Positions 59,501-64,000 of a stretch of DNA of 64,000 nucleotides are shown here, piece after piece. Each line of letters opens with the position of its first letter. The stretch's first letter is position 1. The translations under genes were made by a program, and so were the position numbers. The stretch spans positions 43,986 through 107,985 of the forward strand of contig DYLW01000003.1 of the NCBI GenBank assembly GCA_020721865.1. Direction: 5' to 3'. The notes under the pieces were generated by a model, which saw nothing but the letters and a program-made list of their open reading frames with translations, searched no databases and was not told the origin of the DNA. This stretch comes from Leptospira biflexa (GTDB taxonomy: Bacteria > Spirochaetota > Leptospiria > Turneriellales > DYLW01).

Positions 59501-61907
59501 CCCGGACAGCCTGCAACTCTTTCTGTGTGCGAATGATATCATTCTGGGCCAGATAAAATTCCGCAGAAGCGATACCGGATATGTAATGGATTTCCGGATA
59601 GGACTCCCGGGGATAACGAGCGACGATGGAATCATTGGTTTTCCCTCTGGATTCTTTCAGGTTTCCCAGAAAAATCCCGTATATCCGGAAACGAATATTA
59701 TCCCGCATGGGGTCGGTGAAAGAAATGCCACTGTCCAATGTTGCATTTTTTGCTGCTTTCAGTGGATGACGGGAAGGATACAGCACGTGCAGGTATCCAA
59801 TGGGAATGGAAAAATCCGATTCCCCGCTTCCGATTTTTTGAATGAGCTCAAACTTTCTGTAATACCCCGGAAAATCAAACAATATCTGGTTGTATGCCGC
59901 TGCGGCTTGCAGGGAATCTCCTTTCTGGAGAAAAATATCCCCCCGGAGTTCCTTGCAGTAATGCAGGATATTCTTTCCGGATAATTCCACGGATTTTTTA
60001 TACAAGGAAAATTTTTCTTTATCCGCATCCTCCATTGCCGCCATCAACTCCGCTTCATCTTTGGGAGCGGGATTATTCACGGCCACGGAATGGGATTCCA
60101 GAAAACCGGGGATTAATTTTTTGGATTTTATCTGGCTTTGCAGGGAATATGTGGATACAATGCTTTTGGAATGATCCCGGATGTATTGATCCAGATACTC
60201 CGGATAAGGCAGGGAAGAACCGGCAAAGGCAAAATCTGCTCCCAAAAATGGATGGGCGGAGGCCTCCTGTTTCAGAAAAACGCTGTGTAATGATGCCGAT
60301 GGGAGGTTTTTACGGATTTGGTTTCCCAATTCGACGGTTTTTTCCGGGAACAGGCCTTCTTCTTTCAAAAAGATATACGCATCCACATCCTTTTTGGATC
60401 CATAAATGGGATACAGCGGGTCATTATGAAAAAAATCTTCCACCTTTTGCAGGGAAAGGAGATAGGCCATGGCGGAACGGGAGACTTTCTCCTGCATTGC
60501 TTCCACCTCTTTATTTTCCTCATCATTCACATCATTGGTAGGGGCAGAGGCTTTGGGGGTTTTCCCTTTTACTTTTTGTGTCTGCAGATTGGTCAGATCT
60601 TTTTTATCCTTCCGGTATTCATCCAGATACCTGCGGGTGAATTCATACTGGGAGACTATAGATTGTTTTTTGGGAATGATTCCGGATACAGGAATCATGG
60701 TCACATTGATGTTTTCTCCAATGCCTTGGGCAAAAACAATGGCACCGCCAATGAAACCGGATACTTTCGTATCAAAAATATTGTCATTCCCCAATGTGAG
60801 GGCGATTTCATCATAGTATTTTGTTTCACCGCTTGCTACGGGGTTTTTTTCTGATTTTTTGGGTGTATCACTTGCATTTCCCTGAGAGGCTGCGACCGCC
60901 TTTGCGGAATCATCTCTCCATTCCTTAGTGAACCGGAGAGAAACCACCTGGCCGTTGTCTTTCCTGTCCACATATCCGTCCGAATTGGTATCCTGGGAAA
61001 TCTTTGTGGCCACAATGGATTTTCCATCTAACGTGAATGCCGGGTTGAGATACATATCCCGCCCGGAAGTGAGTTGCATTTCTTTGCCGGATGGAATGTG
61101 CACCAGATAAATATTCCCTTTGGATTCCCTTTCCCGGTAACCGACGAATACTATCCACTGGTCATCAGGAGAAAAGGAGGGCATCACCCCGCCATTTTCT
61201 GTGAGCTTCCGGGCAGAACCTTTGGAATCCGGATCCATGATCCAGATATTCTGAACAGCTCCCAGTCCAGGGCCAAAGGGATTTCCTTCGATGGAAGTCA
61301 TATCGGAAGAAAAGGCGATACGTTCCCCATCATGGGACCAAACGGGATTGGATTCCCGGGAGCGGACACGCTTTTTCTCATCATTAGTGATTATTTTTTT
61401 GGAAGATAAAAATCCGGTTTTGTTGGGGTCTTCCCCTTTTTGGAATTTTTTTATCAAATCCCCTGTGTCAATTTTCTGGTATACCAGATCGCCATCCGGG
61501 TCCAGCTCATCATCCACATACACCAGGTACTTGCCGTTGGGGGATATGGCGGGTTCTTTCTGGTTGGTGGCTGTGGTTACCACCGGGATGAGGGTCACAT
61601 CGTCCAGAGGGCGGAAAAATATGTCATAATTATCCCATCGGTTACTGGTGAAAAAAAGATACTTCCCGTCCGGGGTAATGTTACCGGCATAGGATTCCCC
61701 TTTTTCAATGGTCAGAGGGATGATACCGCCCGTGGCGTCCTTTTCATATTTGTCTTTGTATACATTCTGGTAACTGAAACGGGCATCTTCCTTCACCTGT
61801 CTTCCGGAACAGTGGGACAAAAGGACGATGGGTATTGCCCAAAATAGCAATTTCCACGGCTGTTTTTTGATAGAAGAATAAATAGAATGGAATACATTAG
61901 ATCGCAT
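53520..61907 (-). CDS. Giant (about 2795 aa) lipoprotein with an N-terminal PD40/TolB-like beta-propeller and a very long TPR-like helical region
   Basis: ATG 61907 follows AGAGAGG. Signal plus lipobox PWKLLFWAIPIVLLSHC. PD40-type repeats (ITPDGKYLFFTSNR, ISPNGKYLVYV, WSHDGERIAFSS, FSPDDQWIVFV, FTLDGKSIVAT). After that, more than 1200 aa of TPR-like helical repeats, a charged low-complexity linker (KDKEASREGSKEASPANALAKDKGG..), and a C-terminal roughly 1000 aa with no recognised motif. Confidence 0.6.
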   Translation of the reverse strand: MRSNVFHSIYSSIKKQPWKLLFWAIPIVLLSHCSGRQVKEDARFSYQNVYKDKYEKDATGGIIPLTIEKGESYAGNITPDGKYLFFTSNRWDNYDIFFRPLDDVTLIPVVTTATNQKEPAISPNGKYLVYVDDELDPDGDLVYQKIDTGDLIKKFQKGEDPNKTGFLSSKKIITNDEKKRVRSRESNPVWSHDGERIAFSSDMTSIEGNPFGPGLGAVQNIWIMDPDSKGSARKLTENGGVMPSFSPDDQWIVFVGYRERESKGNIYLVHIPSGKEMQLTSGRDMYLNPAFTLDGKSIVATKISQDTNSDGYVDRKDNGQVVSLRFTKEWRDDSAKAVAASQGNASDTPKKSEKNPVASGETKYYDEIALTLGNDNIFDTKVSGFIGGAIVFAQGIGENINVTMIPVSGIIPKKQSIVSQYEFTRRYLDEYRKDKKDLTNLQTQKVKGKTPKASAPTNDVNDEENKEVEAMQEKVSRSAMAYLLSLQKVEDFFHNDPLYPIYGSKKDVDAYIFLKEEGLFPEKTVELGNQIRKNLPSASLHSVFLKQEASAHPFLGADFAFAGSSLPYPEYLDQYIRDHSKSIVSTYSLQSQIKSKKLIPGFLESHSVAVNNPAPKDEAELMAAMEDADKEKFSLYKKSVELSGKNILHYCKELRGDIFLQKGDSLQAAAAYNQILFDFPGYYRKFELIQKIGSGESDFSIPIGYLHVLYPSRHPLKAAKNATLDSGISFTDPMRDNIRFRIYGIFLGNLKESRGKTNDSIVARYPRESYPEIHYISGIASAEFYLAQNDIIRTQKELQAVREIIPPDTFWEYKSYVIQGGIEEYQKNLDTAFSHYNKAVAIYKNSYADAAFIPLVKKFLAYYENMAEVYRNRGQYKKAWNYYRFLGNIYLQLGAKEILPELVKEKSMQTFININSMTIQAMDSKEPVMDDVIKYYDDNIDFARRYLLNFFIFARAHLNTQTGIVLHTKYEKKNLKEKLKEEVLKKFKTAENDFQWSFFADQYFAESYVLLGWMYQYIDEKREVVVDQKNNKKDKEKFAELYKKYFPGYLFEENIRLYQKSISYFGLQSNKGILASFYLNIGNNYFLLNNYYKAKEYYSMLGDMENYTFESEIQRANYYFHAGKTYYFTDEYKKSIEYLEKAYQLYQNIAPLSGSPETVRENLQKRTTIMKYLAISNELDGKNEESIRWYNLVIQEQNFAGIREERSMIALEKARLYKDMENYGLALSELENARGALGEEKENLAPRYPIRIKWFGVYQPWTWLVSKVYTFDYDFVYVGDNHLAFNLPTINRYQMYHSMKADILFKKGLYGIAIGELQQLIEFAKKDESAHGKEALASAYLRMGEAQFRMNLLDASQASYKEALELAQKNNYMGIQRLARKNLLTLYAYSIENSAKSDADKLDTIKDYMEENDKFIDKYIQTKIKLASDAQKEKNSDLELTEEEKAKITEISVKEIYQIILYKGIFETFYGLYSQKKDQEQKEIFTDYNGFIQNKSKTYGYYSQALKIFTGEYRNPEYMSQKVVFWDKKKDRSLVMVSGLNRSLILENLSMSQKAQENYTALHEESDEFQSFYPLAITSYKLYQNATEDRQRMDYLSRAYTIFTGNEQLIEYNPNLFRNITSDLSREYFTAGQYGKALEIQNESRHILSSMVILPSLSAVPLYNEDFQKFLETENYLKKQRLIIVNHIEKKRLLREDSAELEKDLESLEKERKENFASLAKNPSTKVFYNSFYDHKASLPSGLGNVMYTFNDGETVYFISSANGKMEGKRFPLADFAATDWKSIKDKITNKDKEASREGSKEASPANALAKDKGGTTPSAAPAKKEEDPGTLRRMELTKWILSQNTDTLFVDENVIQSSSFGYLLKEKSGKEPTRYYLIQEALLLNDAYAFSGKNWLQVKTQSGLMGFFGGASKYNLPIVFLEADSDAKLQEKRIWGEVLDYELQLDKSIIPVNRNEISYANVLGYEHQFQSAVITYSDINPIPMGEKLSYSGGVNLLLGASGFKNIYHFYGKREAAKPQIENLMNGNAGTTGSTFFPGTRSLEQYSGILARKNTEKDGKVKAREFSLKHADAFNAQFSAFNQLARSLQKEKEYPLALDAVKRSENVKAAWESINPPESLRGENDYYSIFLELSFIAGNKAEKDLFLQKRLETLKKDKESRRFLSLANLAMEYYYNPEADHSALLGQLSSAYSLTEKDYRYLLESYVLGKMKSGQVSLTEKNPSLANLRKKAGIPEKETPEEMEKSIAAASTNPGRWADVYAANTSLDRLTNFADKADSTSMVGSRNNLFRQLLLVKTGRIAKASNHKSTSVPEFYTGFIASPNADGLSKLENSRINPLEKEYAFFVYYLSTGNMLNTFSALDNMQRLMSEPENKKLDQVIIDQLLAYDLLYSLQTGKYMPAERNLIYAKLGETGKNKLKSEGLNYQQIIFYSFLSNFSDREDNVSNVPDIIRTKNIGQISSSNQSIFNHYLYHTMIDFPEKVTNAAYMETSGSRYDREIIQKIQYFSKYLKNPEKMSIDEKWQNDILFTYYHNTKNFNQGLKKYYAYDTGKKIKAFRSFPYPVTGFVETYPGMVYRWQLSGEASMERLSVKDTQPMEEQIQAEFDDPSKAILYFPAKESFLEENKIGLDTTLYVSRLEREEQTVGDQTSAIASGIQTMATGKKYSWMTDVSAKNPGYSLFRIHLNNPAKASPAKKDTLVFTQDTNFLKNGSLVVWDAPVDKNRIRETISSSGDKNFLFMYKTDKKNVFYVFMDYYLRELKQRKDPVAAYTEAKKMLSEQYPSRNDYNTVIMLLN

Positions 61908-62020
61908 AAAACCTCTCTTAAATCCTTTGGGATGTCTTTGTAGGGTTAGGTTTGAAATAAAATTTCTATTGTCGAGTATTTTTCTGTTACCCGGCAATAG
62001 AAGTTCGCTACAATTATGCG

Positions 62021-63010
62021 TCAGAGTTCCCGGTCGGAGAAATAACGCATAAACTGGACCCTTTCATAAAGAGAAGGGTCATCGGACTTGGATTGGGAAA
62101 GCAACCCCTTGAAATCAGAAATGCTCTGGTATCCATTTTTTTGCATCCAAGCCAGAACCCCGCTTTCCAAATCCTTGATATAGTGGGGGCCATTCTTATA
62201 AATCGCGGAAACCACTTGCACGGCGGATGCCCCGGAAAGAATCATCTTTATGACGCCTTCTGGGGTATGAATACCGGTGGAAGCACAAAGATCTGTGGAA
62301 ACCCGGTTGGCCATGATGGAAATCCACCGCAGAGGCATACTGATTTCCGCCGGATTGGAAATATAATTGGCCTGGGTTACCTCTTTTTTGTCCAGATCAA
62401 TATCAATATCAAAAAACCGGTTGAACAGTACTATTCCCTTGACCCCGGTTTCTGATAATTTCTGGATCATGGGGCCCAGATTGCTGAAGTAGTGACTGAT
62501 TTTCAGGGTGACGGGCACTTTTACGGTTTTTACAACAGAATTCACAATCTCAAAGTACATTTTTTCCTTTTCATTGGAATCCCGACGAAAATCAGTGGGC
62601 ATGAAAAACATATTCAGCTCAATTCCGTCCACTCCGGCTTTTTCGATTTTTTCCGCAAAATAGAGCCATTCATGGGAATAGCTACAGTTGATGCTCCCAA
62701 AAACCGGTATGGTTAATTCCTTTTTTGTCGCTTTAATCAGCTCGATGTATTTCTCAATATTATTCTGCTTTATCCGTAAGTCAAAATAATCCAGATACTC
62801 CATATAGACATCATTAGGAGCCATGGTTTTCATCATTTTATGGTATTCCAGATCAATTTCTTCCTCAAAAATGGATTTGAGAATGACGGCAGAGGCTCCT
62901 GCTTTTTCCATCTCTTTCAATTTTTCTATGGAACCTGTGAGGCCACTGGATCCGGCTATTATGGGGCTTTTTAATTCAAGTCCTGCGTACTTTGTTGATA
63001 ATTTTGGCAT
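62021..63010 (-). CDS. Dihydroorotate dehydrogenase-like / dihydropyrimidine dehydrogenase-family TIM-barrel flavoprotein
   Basis: YAGLELKSPIIAGSSGLTGS N-terminus, GVDGIELN, and GGI-like C-terminal FMN-binding pattern (ASTGIHTPEGVIKMILSGASAVQV). Confidence 0.7.
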   Translation of the reverse strand: MPKLSTKYAGLELKSPIIAGSSGLTGSIEKLKEMEKAGASAVILKSIFEEEIDLEYHKMMKTMAPNDVYMEYLDYFDLRIKQNNIEKYIELIKATKKELTIPVFGSINCSYSHEWLYFAEKIEKAGVDGIELNMFFMPTDFRRDSNEKEKMYFEIVNSVVKTVKVPVTLKISHYFSNLGPMIQKLSETGVKGIVLFNRFFDIDIDLDKKEVTQANYISNPAEISMPLRWISIMANRVSTDLCASTGIHTPEGVIKMILSGASAVQVVSAIYKNGPHYIKDLESGVLAWMQKNGYQSISDFKGLLSQSKSDDPSLYERVQFMRYFSDREL

Positions 63011-63200
63011 ATTTTCCTCTATTGGAATTTATTCCTTGATGGAAGACTGACTGTCAAGCAATTCCGGAAAAACTTTTATGAAGATGGGAGCACGGGATGA
63101 TTTATCCGTTGACACCGCAAGCAATGGCTACATCTCCAACCGTGATATTTAAAGATGAAGTGTTTCCTCCGGTTGTTCGGTGGCATGACCATGGGAAGTC

Positions 63201-64000
63201 ATGAATAGACCCGTCGCTCTGTTGCTTGCGGATACCCATGGATATTTTGTCCTTATGGACAAGATTATTCGGACGGCCATGGAGGAATTCTCCGGGCTGG
63301 AATTCATTCTCCATGCCGGCGATGTGGGGATTCTGGATGTGCGGGATTTGGGGCATTTACCGCAACGGGAGAAGCTTCTGTTGGAAAAGCATGGGAACCC
63401 CACGGAAGAATTTCTGCCATTTCTGTCCGGAGAAAAGGAACTGCCCCTGCCGATGTATCACATCCCCGGCAATCATGAGGATTTTTATTTGTATGACAGA
63501 CTCACTCGGGAAAACCGCTTCCCCCGGCGTTTTTACACCATGGAGCCGGGATATCTGTACACCCATGCCGGCACAAGAAACCTGTGGAGGATGGCCGGAT
63601 TGGGTAAGCTCCATCCCCACTATCCGCCGGGAAAAATCCCCACTGGAGATAAATTTTTATCCCGGCAGGAAATAGATGCATTTTTATATGCCCAGAAAAC
63701 CGCAAAAGAAAAAGCCGATATTTTTATTTTCCATGAAGCCCCGTATCTGATCAAATGCGAAAATAAATGTCACTTTGGTCATCCGTTTTTTTCCAAGGTG
63801 ATCCGGGATTTCCAGCCCCGGATTGTGATCTGCGGACACATGCACTTCTCCTATACTGTGCAGATTGGGGCGTCCCGGGTTTATGGTCTGCCGGCCGCAC
63901 GGGATGGCTTTTTTGGGATTCTGTATGATGATTATTCCGTAACTCTGCACCATTGGGATGAGCCACAGAAAACTCTGGAGTTTAGCCGTTATCCGGAGGG
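63201..64000 (+). CDS. Calcineurin-like metallophosphoesterase; 3' end runs off the window (not in the supplied ORF track)
   Basis: My own translation from ATG 63201 gives MNRPVALLLADTHGYF..ILHAGDVG..YHIPGNHEDF..IFIFHEAP..VICGHMHF..; the frame is still open at 64000. It carries the canonical D-x-H, GD, GNHE, H and GH-x-H motifs. The listed ORF 63226..63675 is a different, W/C-rich frame. Confidence 0.75.
   Translation, partial: MNRPVALLLADTHGYFVLMDKIIRTAMEEFSGLEFILHAGDVGILDVRDLGHLPQREKLLLEKHGNPTEEFLPFLSGEKELPLPMYHIPGNHEDFYLYDRLTRENRFPRRFYTMEPGYLYTHAGTRNLWRMAGLGKLHPHYPPGKIPTGDKFLSRQEIDAFLYAQKTAKEKADIFIFHEAPYLIKCENKCHFGHPFFSKVIRDFQPRIVICGHMHFSYTVQIGASRVYGLPAARDGFFGILYDDYSVTLHHWDEPQKTLEFSRYPE

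Noticed and set aside
63226-63675. 149-aa W/C-rich ORF listed in the track, plus minus-strand ORFs at 63102..63966.
   Set aside because: They are out of frame with, or antisense to, the metallophosphoesterase frame starting at 63201, which shows all canonical motifs. Their composition is not protein-like.
1-64000. CRISPR arrays, rRNA, transposases or IS elements, prophage, toxin-antitoxin pairs, alternative genetic code.
   Set aside because: I saw no regularly spaced direct repeats and no recombinase or transposase motifs. All conserved genes translate at full length with the standard code, except the single A10 frameshift in ttcA.

Overview
Dense chromosomal window: about 48 protein genes, one tRNA-Leu(CAG), and only three non-coding gaps longer than 150 nt. 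Most genes are housekeeping: mazG, gatA, prfC, nadC, aspartokinase, class II RNR nrdJ, ispG, sufCBD, dapAB, murA, murEF, aat, purCSQ, rsgA, comF, ruvAC and yebC. The standard genetic code fits, and SD-like sequences precede some genes. Lipoboxes, an outer-membrane-type C-terminal Phe and a giant SprA-like barrel point to a diderm bacterium. It may belong to the FCB superphylum, but the phylum cannot be fixed from sequence alone. GC looks mid-40s percent in lines sampled by eye; this was not computed. I found no CRISPR array, transposase, integrase, rRNA or recognisable multi-gene defence locus. Observations worth a second look: (1) an orphan PcfJ-like/HIRAN fusion gene beside the tRNA; (2) a 172-bp MITE-like palindromic element of five stacked hairpins between nadC and an SDR gene; (3) ttcA split by a frameshift in an A10 run; (4) a roughly 540-nt gap with decayed coding signal between aspartokinase and nrdJ; (5) a lipoprotein-STAS-SprA-like cluster; (6) a roughly 2800-aa PD40/TPR lipoprotein upstream of yebC-ruvCA; (7) a membrane-anchored TPR protein with a degenerate Mrr-like nuclease fold; (8) MurA with Asp in place of the fosfomycin-target Cys. 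A metallophosphoesterase ORF running off the 3' edge (63201 onward) is missing from the supplied ORF track. All homology calls rest on motif reading from memory, not on searches.
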